In this document: positions 54,729 through 64,000 of the stretch, in pieces
How positions within the stretch are numbered: the first letter of the stretch is position 1
How the letters are laid out: each line of letters starts with the position of its first letter
Source of the DNA: an uncultured Acidimicrobiia bacterium
GTDB taxonomy: Bacteria > Actinomycetota > Acidimicrobiia > Spongiisociales > UBA5794
Assembly: GCA_965368815.1 (NCBI GenBank)
Contig: CBDUOH010000002.1
Location: 15,090 to 79,089 of the forward strand
Reading direction: 5' to 3'
Length of the DNA stretch: 64,000 nucleotides
The notes under the pieces: generated by a model
What the model was told of the DNA's origin: nothing
Databases searched by the model: none
Seen by the model: only the letters and a program-made list of their open reading frames with translations
Position numbers and translations under genes: made by a program

Positions 54729-56085
54729 AACCACGATTCCCGAGCGGGTGCACATCGTCGGAGCGGGGGGTGCCGGCATGTCCGCCCTTGCCAAGCTCCT
54801 GAGTCAGCAGGGTCATCTCGTCACCGGGTCGGACCTCAAGCCCGGGAGGATGCTCGACAGTCTTGCCGAGGTCGGCGTCGAGACATGGATCGGGCATCAG
54901 CCCAAGCGGATGGGCTCGGTGGAACTCATCGTCGCCTCATCAGCCGTGCCGAGCTCGGATCCCGAGCTCACCGCAGCACGTGCCGCCGGAGCGCTTGTGT
55001 GGGGTCGCCCCGAACTGCTGCGTTCGTTGACGCAATCGATGCCGACGATCGGGTTGGCAGGAACGCACGGCAAGACGACTTCGACCGCCTTGATGGTCAC
55101 AGCCATGCGCGGAACCGGACTCGACCCTTCGTTCATCGTCGGCGGCCAGATGATCGGACTCAACACCGGTGCCCACCTCGGTTCCGACGAACGTCTCATT
55201 CTCGAAGCCGATGAGGCGTTCGGGACGTTCCGTCACCTCGACCTCGCGTCGATCCTTGTGACGAATATCGAAGCCGACCATCTCGACCACTACGTGACGC
55301 TCGCAGCGCTCGAGGACGCGTTCGCCCAGGTGGTCGGCAGGGTGGACGGTGCCAGGGTCGCTTGTATCGACGACGCGGGTGTCCGCCGCCTCGCCCAGCG
55401 CGTGTCGCTGACGACCTATGGCTTCGATCCCGACGCCGACTGGGTCGTGTCGGACCTCACCCACGTCGATGGACATGCACGTTTCACCGTCACACACGAC
55501 GGCGAGTCACTCGACGTATCGCTCCCCAAGCCCGGTGCCCACCTCGCCCTCAACGCAACCGGTGTTCTGGCGCTTGCACATGCCAGCGGTATCGACACGG
55601 CGGCAGCAGCGGAGGCGTTGTCGACATTCCGCGGTGTCCGTCGTCGCTACGAGGTGGCTGCGCGCATCAACGGCATCACGGTCGTTGATGACTATGCCCA
55701 TCATCCGACCGAGGTGGCCGCAACGATTGCAGCGGCCCACGAGGGAGCAACCGGCGACGTGATAGCGGTCTTCCAACCTCATCGATACACGCGTACGGCA
55801 GATCTTGCGCCGCTGTTCGGACAGCCGCTGGCGGCAGCCGATCGCGTTTTCGTGACCGATGTGTACGCAGCGGGGGAGGAGCCCATCATCGGCGTGTCGG
55901 GTCGCATCGTGGCCGAGTCGGTCGAGGCAGCGGGTGGTACGGCGTCCTACGTACCGAAGGTCGCCGACGTCACTGATCGGGTGGTCGCGATTGCCCGGCC
56001 CGGCGACATCGTGCTGCTCCTCGGGGCCGGAGATGTCAACGGGATCGCCCTCGACATCGCCGCACAGATCGAGGCGTCCTCGTGA
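54721..56085 (+). CDS. murC: UDP-N-acetylmuramate--L-alanine ligase
   Basis: It has 'VHIVGAGGAGMSALA' and P-loop 'LAGTHGKTT'. The start is at 'MPETT', overlapping the murG stop. Confidence 0.9.
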   Translation: MPETTIPERVHIVGAGGAGMSALAKLLSQQGHLVTGSDLKPGRMLDSLAEVGVETWIGHQPKRMGSVELIVASSAVPSSDPELTAARAAGALVWGRPELLRSLTQSMPTIGLAGTHGKTTSTALMVTAMRGTGLDPSFIVGGQMIGLNTGAHLGSDERLILEADEAFGTFRHLDLASILVTNIEADHLDHYVTLAALEDAFAQVVGRVDGARVACIDDAGVRRLAQRVSLTTYGFDPDADWVVSDLTHVDGHARFTVTHDGESLDVSLPKPGAHLALNATGVLALAHASGIDTAAAAEALSTFRGVRRRYEVAARINGITVVDDYAHHPTEVAATIAAAHEGATGDVIAVFQPHRYTRTADLAPLFGQPLAAADRVFVTDVYAAGEEPIIGVSGRIVAESVEAAGGTASYVPKVADVTDRVVAIARPGDIVLLLGAGDVNGIALDIAAQIEASS

Positions 56086-56990
56086 GCAGCGTCGCCATCG
56101 ATCATGCCTCAGTGATCGAGAACGTCGAGCTCGCCCCCATGACCACCTACAAGGTCGGTGGTCCGGCACGCTGGTTCGCCGAGCCGAACGATCTCGAAGA
56201 ACTCCGATCGATCCTCGCCGTCACACCAGCGGACATGGAGCGGGTTGTGTTGGGCCGGGGAAGCAATGTGGTCGTCTCGGACGCCGGATTCGACGGCCTC
56301 GTCATCAAGCTCGGGTCGCAGTTCTCGGTCGCCGATGTCCAGCCCGGAGGCAGGATCGTGGCCGGTGGGGCGACCCCCCTCCCGAAATTGGCCAGAGCAG
56401 CCGCCGTGGCGGGGAGATCGGGACTGTCGTTCTATGTGGGGATACCGGGGTCGGTCGGTGGCGCGGTGCGCATGAACGCCGGCGGTCACGGATCGGACAC
56501 TGCTTCGGTGCTCGATTCCGTCGTTGTTGTCGACGCACGTACAGGTGAACTCGAGCGCCGCGATGTCGGATCCCTCGATCTCAGCTATCGATCCTCGAAC
56601 CTGACCGATCACGACATCGTGGTGCAAGCGACATTCCACACATCGGAGGGCGATCCGGGCGAACTCGAGACAGAGCTCCGTGACATCACCCGGTGGCGGA
56701 AGGAGAATCAGCCGGGTGGGACTCTCAATGCCGGAAGCGTGTTCAAGAACCCGGCGGACGCCGCGGCTGGGGCGATCATCGATGACCTCGGGCTCAAGGG
56801 GCTGTCACTCGGTCCGGTGAGTGTGTCGACCACCCACGCCAATTTCCTGGTGGCGACGCCGGATGCGAAAGCCGCGGACATTCATCGTTTTGTTCATACC
56901 ATCCGCGCAACCGTCTACGAACGGACCGGGCGTGAGCTTGTGCCCGAAATCCGGTTCATCGGAGAATTCGACGAAGTGACGAAGCCGTGA
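56082..56990 (+). CDS. murB: UDP-N-acetylenolpyruvoylglucosamine reductase
   Basis: It has an FAD-binding PCMH domain ('TTYKVGGPARWF', 'LGRGSNVV') and a MurB C-terminal domain. Confidence 0.9.
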   Translation: MSSVAIDHASVIENVELAPMTTYKVGGPARWFAEPNDLEELRSILAVTPADMERVVLGRGSNVVVSDAGFDGLVIKLGSQFSVADVQPGGRIVAGGATPLPKLARAAAVAGRSGLSFYVGIPGSVGGAVRMNAGGHGSDTASVLDSVVVVDARTGELERRDVGSLDLSYRSSNLTDHDIVVQATFHTSEGDPGELETELRDITRWRKENQPGGTLNAGSVFKNPADAAAGAIIDDLGLKGLSLGPVSVSTTHANFLVATPDAKAADIHRFVHTIRATVYERTGRELVPEIRFIGEFDEVTKP

Positions 56991-57751
56991 CTGTGATGGA
57001 ACCCCGACTGGCAGAACGCCGCAAAGGTGTGAGCGAGGACAGAGCGCGCGGTCGCCTGAAATGGGTGCTGCTCTTTCTGCTGCTCATCGGCGCCGTCGTC
57101 GCTGGCGTGTGGCTCATCCGAAGTCCGCTCCTTTCGATCCGTGAGGTGACCGTGAGCGGTGCACAGCATTCCGATCCGGCCGCGATCGTTGCGGCCAGCG
57201 GGATGGGGCATGGCACTCCGACGATCGATGTCGACGCGACAACCATCGCAGCGGCGATCGAGGCAGACCCGTGGGTTGCATCGGCCGACGTGGATGTCTC
57301 GTGGCCCGGCGCGATCGCGGTGACGGTGGTCGAGCATGTCCCGGTAGCCCTCGTCGCTGCCGACGGGGGCGTTGTGCCGGTGTCGGTCGACGGTGCCGTC
57401 GTCCCTGCGACCGGCTTGACGGGCGCCCCTCGCATCTCCATCGACACCGGACCGGTCAACCCCGGCTATCAGATTCTCAATCCGCTCATTCTCGGCGCAC
57501 TCGCGTTCGTGGAGGCGTTGCCACCGGACCTTGCGGCCACGGCGGACATCACGACGAACGGGGAAGGCCTGATCGGCACCGTCGGGGGCTACGCCGTCCT
57601 GCTCGGTCGACCCGATGACATGCACGACAAGGCAGTCGTGCTTGCGACCCTGATCGCCTCGGGTCTTGAACCCGGTGTCGAAATCAACCTCATCGCCCCG
57701 CTTCGTCCTGCAGTCACCAACCCTCAATCTCAGGTTGAGGCTGAGGAATAA
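56987..57751 (+). CDS. ftsQ: Cell division protein FtsQ/DivIB (POTRA domain)
   Basis: It is a bitopic protein with TM '[19 protein letters not shown]' and a POTRA region '[11 protein letters not shown]'. It lies between murB and ftsZ. Confidence 0.8.
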   Translation: MTVMEPRLAERRKGVSEDRARGRLKWVLLFLLLIGAVVAGVWLIRSPLLSIREVTVSGAQHSDPAAIVAASGMGHGTPTIDVDATTIAAAIEADPWVASADVDVSWPGAIAVTVVEHVPVALVAADGGVVPVSVDGAVVPATGLTGAPRISIDTGPVNPGYQILNPLILGALAFVEALPPDLAATADITTNGEGLIGTVGGYAVLLGRPDDMHDKAVVLATLIASGLEPGVEINLIAPLRPAVTNPQSQVEAEE

Positions 57752-57812
57752 CAACGGTGTCAACCTCAAGCGTGAGGCTAAGGTTGTGCAAACGCCCGGG
57801 AGGATGGTCAAG

Positions 57813-58898
57813 ATGGAGAACAGAGGCCCGAACACATACCTTGCCGTGATCAAGGTTGTCGGCGTCGGTGGCGGCGGTGTGAATGCCGTCAACCGCATGA
57901 TCGACATGGGTGTCGGCGGCGTCGAATTCATTGCCGTCAACACCGACGCGCAGGCGTTGCTGATGTCCGACGCAGACATGAAACTGGACATCGGCCGCGA
58001 AGCCACGCGTGGACTCGGTGCAGGTGCGAACCCCGAAGTGGGTCGTGAAGCTGCCGAGGATCATCGCGATGAGATCGAAGAAGCGCTCGATGGGTCCGAC
58101 ATGGTCTTCATCACCGCAGGCGAAGGCGGCGGTACCGGCACCGGCGCCGCACCGATCGTTGCTGAGGTCGCCCGCTCACTTGGCGCCTTGACCGTCGGCG
58201 TCGTGACGCGACCATTCGGTTTCGAAGGCCGCCGCAGGTCCGTCCAGGCCGAGCAGGGCATCCAGGCACTCAAGGCAGCCGTCGACACGCTCATCATCAT
58301 CCCGAATCAACGACTCCTGGAAGTCACGGACGCGTCGACGCCTGTCACCGAAGCATTCCGAATGGCCGACGAGGTCCTGACCTCGGGCGTTCGAGGCATA
58401 ACCGAGCTGATCACGACGCCGGGGTTGATCAATGTCGACTTTGCCGACGTCAAGACCGTTATGTCCGACGCAGGCTCGGCCGTCATGGGCATCGGTGTCT
58501 CCACCGGGGATTCGAGAGCCCAGCAGGCAGCTGAGAAGGCCATTTCGAGCCCATTGCTCGAAACTTCCATGGAGGGGGCACGGGGTGTCCTTCTGTCGAT
58601 CGCCGGTCCGAAGGACATGACACTGCAGGAGGTCAACGTCGCGGCGACGCTCATCAGCGACCATTCCGACGCCGACGCGAACATCATCTTCGGAGCCGTG
58701 CTCGATGAGACGCTCGGTGATGAGATGCGGGTCACCGTCATCGCCGCCGGCTTCGATCGGGATCGCCGATCGGGCTTCTCAACCCAGCAGCCCCAAGGGG
58801 TGGCATCGGGTCGGATCGAACGGCCTTCGATCCTTGATGACGACGCAACCGATCCGGGCGTGGACACGCTGGACATCCCCGGCTTCGTCCAGGGATGA
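57813..58898 (+). CDS. ftsZ: Cell division GTPase FtsZ
   Basis: It has '[19 protein letters not shown]', the tubulin signature '[10 protein letters not shown]' and T7 loop 'NVDFADV'. The start is chosen at the second ATG, 'MENRG', which has better spacing from the 'GGGAGGA' RBS. Confidence 0.95.
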   Translation: MENRGPNTYLAVIKVVGVGGGGVNAVNRMIDMGVGGVEFIAVNTDAQALLMSDADMKLDIGREATRGLGAGANPEVGREAAEDHRDEIEEALDGSDMVFITAGEGGGTGTGAAPIVAEVARSLGALTVGVVTRPFGFEGRRRSVQAEQGIQALKAAVDTLIIIPNQRLLEVTDASTPVTEAFRMADEVLTSGVRGITELITTPGLINVDFADVKTVMSDAGSAVMGIGVSTGDSRAQQAAEKAISSPLLETSMEGARGVLLSIAGPKDMTLQEVNVAATLISDHSDADANIIFGAVLDETLGDEMRVTVIAAGFDRDRRSGFSTQQPQGVASGRIERPSILDDDATDPGVDTLDIPGFVQG

Positions 58899-59518
58899 TC
58901 ATCGCTCCCGGTGTACCGGGGGTTGCATTCGGCACTCTCACCGACGGCGACGGACGCAGGGACGAACGAGCCAGGCGACGGATCGCTGACTCCCTGGGCA
59001 TCTCGGATCGGTGGGCCGTTGTGAACCAGGTTCATGGCAACACGGTCGTCGTCGCTGACACGGCGGGCACCCTCGGTGACGCCGACGGACTCATGACAAC
59101 CCGGAGCGGACTCCCCATCGCCGTCGGTACCGCCGACTGTGTCCCCGTTGCGATCGTCGGCAAGGAATCCGTCGCGATCGTGCATGCGGGGTGGCGGGGT
59201 ATAGCCTCGCAAATCGTTGCCGTGGCCTTGGCGACCGTGTCGAACCTTGGGCAGGCGCAGACGGTCGTGGTCGGGCCCCACATCGGGCCGTGCTGCTACG
59301 AAGTCGACGATGACGTCGTCGCCGCGATCGGAGGCTTCGGTGGTCAGACGACGTGGGGGACCACGAGTGCCGATCTTGCCACAGCGATCGCGACACAAGT
59401 CGGCGACGCAGCCGATCTGGTGGAGGTCGCCCCGTGCACGATGTGCGATGACCGGTTCGCGTCCCATCGCAGGAACGCAACGGAAAGCCGGCAGGTGTCA
59501 GTCGCATGGCTTCCCTAG
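58895..59518 (+). CDS. pgeF: PgeF/YfiH-family purine nucleoside phosphorylase (laccase-domain protein, DUF152)
   Basis: It has 'NQVHGNTVV' and the 'HAGWRG' motif. Its start makes an ATGA overlap with the ftsZ stop. It is 207 aa, a short form. Confidence 0.8.
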   Translation: MIIAPGVPGVAFGTLTDGDGRRDERARRRIADSLGISDRWAVVNQVHGNTVVVADTAGTLGDADGLMTTRSGLPIAVGTADCVPVAIVGKESVAIVHAGWRGIASQIVAVALATVSNLGQAQTVVVGPHIGPCCYEVDDDVVAAIGGFGGQTTWGTTSADLATAIATQVGDAADLVEVAPCTMCDDRFASHRRNATESRQVSVAWLP

Positions 59519-60168
59519 GTCTCGGCATCGTCCGCGAGCGCATCACCGCAGCGGCCCGTGCAAGCGGCAGGGAACCGGATGCGGTCGACCTGATAGCGGT
59601 GTCCAAGTCCAGGAGCGATGCAGCGGTGCTGGCCGCCTACGACGAAGGTCAACGACTGTTCGGCGAGAACAGGCAGCAGGGTCTGGCAGCACGCATCGAG
59701 GCCGGTCTCCCTGCCGATATCGATTGGCACTTCATCGGTCCGCTCCAGAGTCGGAAGGCACCCTTTGTTGCTGAGCACGCAGCGCTCCTGCATTCCTTCG
59801 ATCGGTTGTCGCTGATCAAGCGGTGGGAAGGGAGTCCGACACCTGTGCTCCTACAGTTCAACCTCGGCGACGAACCGCAGAAGAGCGGATTCCATCCGGA
59901 CGAAGCCGAGCGAGTCCTGACCCAAGTGCTCACGGCGGGCATCCGCGTGAGGGGTGTCATGGCGATCCCTCCGATGGCCGAAAACCCGCAGGACACTCGC
60001 CCGCACTTCGTGCGACTGCGGCGGATTCTTGATGATCTGCGTCGCGTCGAACCGGTTCTTGACGTACTGTCCATGGGCATGTCGAACGATTACGAGGTGG
60101 CCATCGCCGAAGGTGCAACCATGGTTCGTGTGGGAACCGCTATCTTTGGGGCTCTGGAGCACCCATGA
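59506..60168 (+). CDS. yggS: YggS-family pyridoxal-phosphate homeostasis protein
   Basis: It has the PLP-lysine 'LIAVSKS' in an alanine-racemase-N-like barrel, plus 'HFIGPLQSRK' and 'LSMGMSNDYEVAI'. Confidence 0.85.
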   Translation: MASLGLGIVRERITAAARASGREPDAVDLIAVSKSRSDAAVLAAYDEGQRLFGENRQQGLAARIEAGLPADIDWHFIGPLQSRKAPFVAEHAALLHSFDRLSLIKRWEGSPTPVLLQFNLGDEPQKSGFHPDEAERVLTQVLTAGIRVRGVMAIPPMAENPQDTRPHFVRLRRILDDLRRVEPVLDVLSMGMSNDYEVAIAEGATMVRVGTAIFGALEHP

Positions 60169-60194
60169 CCGCGACCGGGAACGAGTAAGGCACG

Positions 60195-60815
60195 ATGGCG
60201 ACACTTTGGAACAAGACCCTTTTCTACCTCGGACTTGTGGACGAGGATGAGCGCGGTGCTGACTACGTCGATCCGGCAGCCGGTGAAGTGCGGCCTCTGG
60301 ATGGACCAGCGATGTCGGACACGCAGTATCAGTCGCAACCACAGACGCAGCCACAGTCGTATGCCGGAAGCCCGCCACCAATCTCGTCGGTCCGTCCTCC
60401 GGGGACCCTTGCGGGACGCAGGGTCGAGCCTCCGTCATCAACCCGGCGCTCGTTGTCATCGGATCCGAGCCACGCTGAGGCGGGTCTGTATGTGCATTCG
60501 GGATCGGGTGCCGAGGCAGCCGCTCGACGGATGGATCCCGAATCACAGATCATCGTCGCTCGCAACTTCTCCGACGCGCAAAGCCTTGCTGATGCAATCC
60601 GCGCCGGTCGCGGGGTCGTACTCGACCTTCGATCGACGGAACCCGAGATGGTCCGGCGGATCGTCGACTTCGCATCAGGTCTCACGTATGCACTTGACGG
60701 ACGGATGTCCAAGACAGCCCAGGGTGTGATCCTTGTGACGCCATCCGGTGTCTCCCTCGGAGTCGCCGAGCAGGAGCGCCTCGCTCGTCTCGGACTCTTC
60801 GGTGGCAACCAATAG
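60195..60815 (+). CDS. sepF: Cell division protein SepF
   Basis: The N-terminal 'MATLWNKTLFYLGLVDED' is the SepF amphipathic helix. The C-terminal DUF552 core is 'IIVARNFSDAQSLADAIRAGRGVVLDL'. Confidence 0.85.
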   Translation: MATLWNKTLFYLGLVDEDERGADYVDPAAGEVRPLDGPAMSDTQYQSQPQTQPQSYAGSPPPISSVRPPGTLAGRRVEPPSSTRRSLSSDPSHAEAGLYVHSGSGAEAAARRMDPESQIIVARNFSDAQSLADAIRAGRGVVLDLRSTEPEMVRRIVDFASGLTYALDGRMSKTAQGVILVTPSGVSLGVAEQERLARLGLFGGNQ

Positions 60816-60817
60816 CG

Positions 60818-61089
60818 TGGACTTCGTCAACGGCATCGTTCGCCTTGTCACACTCGGACTGATCGTCTGGATCGTGCTGTCGTACATCGTGATGTTCGGT
60901 CGTGTTTCGTACGATCACCCGATCAGGAAGCTCTACGGGCTGTTCAACAGTGCTGTGGAGCCTTTGCTCCGCCCGATCCGCGCGGTTGTGCCTCCGGTCA
61001 GGATGGGCGGTGCCGCACTCGACCTGTCGCCCCTGATCCTGATCATCGGCATCCAATTGATCCCGGTGGTCCTCGGCTGGTTCTTCTAG
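60818..61089 (+). CDS. yggT: YggT-family membrane protein
   Basis: It is about 90 aa with two TM helices. It is a GTG-start internal ORF in track ORF 60748..61089, directly after sepF. Confidence 0.65.
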
Positions 61090-61093
61090 CCGG

Positions 61094-64000
61094 CTAACCG
61101 ATCGACACCCTGAGGGTCTCGCCCTCGATCTCGATCTCGGTACCCGCGGCGTCATCCGTGAAGACGATGGCGTCGGCAAGAACCTCACCGCTGATCATGT
61201 TCGTGTGCGACTCGATGGCCGACCGGAGAGCCGGGCTGGCTGAGCCGACCCTGACGGTGATGCGATCGACGACGTCCAGGTCCTGTTCCCTGCGCAGACC
61301 TTGTATCCGGTTGACGACCTCACGGGCGAGTCCCTCTGCCGCGAGTTCATCGGACACGGCGCAGTCGAGAGCGACCGAGAGCGATGCTTCGGTCGCCACG
61401 ACCGTGCCATCCCGTGGCACCCTTGTGACAACGATGTCGGACTCGCTCAGGGTGAATCCGTCGATCGTCACGGTCGTCCCGTTCAGGATGTCAGCGATGT
61501 CGGTGTGCCCGAGTGCTTCGATCAGTGTTGCGACCCGCTTGGTCTCCTTGCCGTAGCGTGGTCCCAACGCCTTGAAGTTCGCCTTCGCCGTCAGGTCGAC
61601 GAGCCCTTCCTCGTCGGCGTGTGCCTCGACGCGCTTGACATTGAGTTCTTCTGCGATGAGGTCGGCATGCTCAACGACGGCGGCTTGTTCGGATTCCGAC
61701 CGCGTCACGACGGTGACGGAGGCGAGCGGCTGGCGGACCCTGAGCTCTTCGCGTTTGCGAAGGGCGCGCCCGAGATTGACGACGGTCCTGACGGTTTCCA
61801 TCGACGCTTCGAGATCGGTGTCGATCGCGGCTGCGTCTGCGACGGGGTAGTCCTTGTGATGGACGCTCGCCGGCGCATCAGGGTCGACCACGGGTACGAG
61901 ACCCTGGTAGATCTCCTCGGTCACGAACGGGAGCACCGGTGCCGCCACCGTGGCGAAGGTCGTGAGCACCTCATACAGGGTGGCGAATGCGGCCATCTTG
62001 TCGACGATCGTCTGGTCGTCCGTCGCTGCCCCCCGATGAGCCCAGAATCGCCTTCGACTCCTGCGGATGTACCAGTTCGTGAGATGCCCGACGAACCCGA
62101 TGATGGGCGGCACGACCGAATACAGACGGTAGGCCTCCATCTCACGGTTGACGGTTGCGATGAGCGACTGGAGAACCGACATGATCCATCGGTCGATCTC
62201 GGGACGATCGGCCAGCGGTGGCGCGGATCGTATGTCGTCCGCTGTGATCGCATCGGCCTCGGCGTACGTTGTGAAGAACGAATATGCGTTCCACAGGGGG
62301 AGGAGGACGGTGCGGACGACGTCCTTGACGCCGTCTTCGGCGAACCGGAGCGGTTCGCCACGGACCACAGGGGAGTTGATGAGGTAGGCGCGGAGTGCAT
62401 CGGCACCGAACGCGTCGATCACATGGGAAGGATCGGGGTAGTTCTTGAGCGACTTGGACATCTTGCGCCCGTCCTCGGCAAGGATCATCCCCGTGACCAC
62501 GCAGTTCTGGAACGGGGCTTGTTGGCGGATCGCAGCGGAGAGGACGAGCAGGGTGTAGAACCAACCGCGCGTCTGATCGAGACCCTCGGCGATGAAGTCG
62601 GCCGGGAACCGGTCCTCGAACCGGTCCTTGTTCTCGAACGGATAGTGGATCTGGGCGAAGGGCATCGAACCGCTCTCGAACCAGCAGTCGAGGACTTCGG
62701 GCACGCGTCGCATCTCGTCGTCACCGCACGAGCACGGCCAGGTGACATCGTCGACGAAGTGCTTGTGGAGGTCGTCGAGCATCACCCCCGACAGCTCAGC
62801 GAGCTGTTCACGGGATGAAACGCACACCTGATCGCCACAGGACGGACATTCCCAGACAGGGATGCACGATCCCCAGTAGCGATTCCTGCTGATCGCCCAG
62901 TCACGGGCACCCTCGAGCCAGTTCCCGAAACGATTGGCACCGATTGCCTCTGGCACCCACCGGATGTCCTTGTTGACCTCGACCATCGTGTCGCGGAATT
63001 GCTCGACCGCGACGAACCACGTCGGGATTGCCTTGTAGATGAGTGGCGTACCCGTTCTCCAACAGAACGGGTACGAGTGGTTGATCGTCGCCTGGGCGAA
63101 CAGGGCTCCCGACTCCTTGAGAAGTCGGATCAGGATCGCGTCGGCGTCCTTGACGTTGAGCCCCTCGACCTCCGGCACCTCGGCTGTGAACTTCGCTTCG
63201 GCGTCGACGGGGTCGACAAGGGCATCGATGCCCGAAGCCGCGATGGCGGCGAAGTCAGCTTCTCCATATGCCGGTGCCATGTGGACGAGGCCTGTCCCTT
63301 CATCCACCGAGACCTCGTCCGAAGCGATCACGACGAATGCTCCATTGTCCCGTTGATCGATGAAGTGCTCGAACGGTGGCCGGTAGACGGTTCCGATGAG
63401 GTCGGATCCCGGAGCGGTCTCGACGATCGTTGCCCACTCACCGAATACTGCCTCGACCCGGTCCTCGACCACCCAATACAGGCTTTCTTCGTCTCGGTGC
63501 TGCACGAGTGCGTACGAGTTGTCGAGTCCGACTGCCACGGCGAGGTTTCCGGGAAGCGTCCATGGTGTGGTGGTCCAGATGAGGAGTTTCTGGCCCGGAG
63601 CGGTGGGACCGGCGCCCTCGGTGACCGTGAGCGCAACCGTGATTGCCGGATCGTCGACATCGCGGTAGTCCATGTTCGCTTCGAAATTCGACAACGGTGT
63701 CGTCGCTCCGTATGAGTATGGGAGCACCTTGAAATCGCGATACACGAGCCCCCTGTCCCACAGCTGACCGAAGACCCACCAGACGCTTTCCATGAAGTCG
63801 ACGTCCATGGTCTTGTAGTCGTTGTCGAAATCGACCCAACGACCGATTCGCGCGGTGATGTCGTACCAGTCGTCCGTGGTCTGATTCACCATCGTCCGGC
63901 AGGCCTCGTTGAACACGTCGACGCCGAGTTCCTGTATCTCGCGTGGGCCGGACACGTTCAGCTGCTTTTCCACCTCCATCTCGACGGGAAGGCCGTGTGT
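61094..64000 (-). CDS. ileS: Isoleucine--tRNA ligase, 5' end truncated by the window edge
   Basis: It has 'KMSKS' ('RKMSKSLKNYPDP'), the editing domain, and a C-terminal zinc-less anticodon-binding domain. The HIGH-motif region is missing upstream of 'REIQELGVDVFN', so the gene must start beyond position 64000. Confidence 0.9.
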   Translation of the reverse strand, partial: THGLPVEMEVEKQLNVSGPREIQELGVDVFNEACRTMVNQTTDDWYDITARIGRWVDFDNDYKTMDVDFMESVWWVFGQLWDRGLVYRDFKVLPYSYGATTPLSNFEANMDYRDVDDPAITVALTVTEGAGPTAPGQKLLIWTTTPWTLPGNLAVAVGLDNSYALVQHRDEESLYWVVEDRVEAVFGEWATIVETAPGSDLIGTVYRPPFEHFIDQRDNGAFVVIASDEVSVDEGTGLVHMAPAYGEADFAAIAASGIDALVDPVDAEAKFTAEVPEVEGLNVKDADAILIRLLKESGALFAQATINHSYPFCWRTGTPLIYKAIPTWFVAVEQFRDTMVEVNKDIRWVPEAIGANRFGNWLEGARDWAISRNRYWGSCIPVWECPSCGDQVCVSSREQLAELSGVMLDDLHKHFVDDVTWPCSCGDDEMRRVPEVLDCWFESGSMPFAQIHYPFENKDRFEDRFPADFIAEGLDQTRGWFYTLLVLSAAIRQQAPFQNCVVTGMILAEDGRKMSKSLKNYPDPSHVIDAFGADALRAYLINSPVVRGEPLRFAEDGVKDVVRTVLLPLWNAYSFFTTYAEADAITADDIRSAPPLADRPEIDRWIMSVLQSLIATVNREMEAYRLYSVVPPIIGFVGHLTNWYIRRSRRRFWAHRGAATDDQTIVDKMAAFATLYEVLTTFATVAAPVLPFVTEEIYQGLVPVVDPDAPASVHHKDYPVADAAAIDTDLEASMETVRTVVNLGRALRKREELRVRQPLASVTVVTRSESEQAAVVEHADLIAEELNVKRVEAHADEEGLVDLTAKANFKALGPRYGKETKRVATLIEALGHTDIADILNGTTVTIDGFTLSESDIVVTRVPRDGTVVATEASLSVALDCAVSDELAAEGLAREVVNRIQGLRREQDLDVVDRITVRVGSASPALRSAIESHTNMISGEVLADAIVFTDDAAGTEIEIEGETLRVSIG

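Noticed and set aside
58307-59467. A 386-aa minus-strand ORF antisense to ftsZ/pgeF.
   Set aside because: It is antisense to the clearest gene in the window (FtsZ tubulin signature), and no family similarity is evident.
61301-62818. A 505-aa plus-strand ORF antisense to ileS.
   Set aside because: It is antisense to a gene with KMSKS and editing-domain motifs and has a low-complexity Asp/Gly/Arg composition.

Overview
This 64 kb window has high GC, and its gene content points to Actinobacteria-type core chromosome. The evidence is an F420-dependent LLM oxidoreductase, SepF with no FtsA in the dcw cluster, and an archaeal-type methionine adenosyltransferase. Genes are densely packed and many are translationally coupled (ATGA, GTGA and TGATG overlaps).

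The window contains, in order:
- a 3' fragment of an HhH-GPD DNA glycosylase
- a divergent sulfur-amino-acid pair: archaeal-type SAM synthetase and a cystathionine gamma-synthase/lyase-family PLP enzyme
- a nitroreductase
- split NAD(P) transhydrogenase pntAA-pntAB-pntB
- a DapA-family lyase translationally coupled to gnd
- leuA and ilvB-ilvN-ilvC, with a BCAA-rich leader peptide and attenuator terminator upstream of ilvB
- a coiled-coil/NYN(YacP)-domain fusion protein
- an orphan GAF-GAF sensor histidine kinase
- an LLM F420 oxidoreductase with a small Cys-rich ORF
- a coupled queG / small membrane protein / metallophosphoesterase / SAM-methyltransferase operon
- an SRPBCC / ArsA(HSP20)-ATPase / small ORF trio
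- ROK glucokinase, DUF1232 and an AlaA-type aminotransferase
- fabD-fabH-fabG-acpP-fabF
- a membrane/exported protein operon with a histidine phosphatase
- DUF3040 and MerR
- a MoxR-DUF58-transglutaminase(TgpA) operon
- a small accessory-looking island: an acidic repeat protein, a serine-less resolvase-like protein and an HNH endonuclease
- USP, a NAD-binding protein and a DrrAB-like ABC-2 transporter
- a complete dcw cluster, mraZ-rsmH-ftsL-ftsI-murE-murF-mraY-murD-ftsW-murG-murC-murB-ftsQ-ftsZ, with phased MraZ boxes in its promoter
- pgeF-yggS-sepF-yggT
- a convergent, 5'-truncated ileS

I found no rRNA, tRNA, CRISPR array or intact mobile element. Many long antisense ORFs in the track are high-GC artifacts and are listed as rejected. 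My start coordinates can be off by 1-3 nt, because I could not recount every position reliably by eye.
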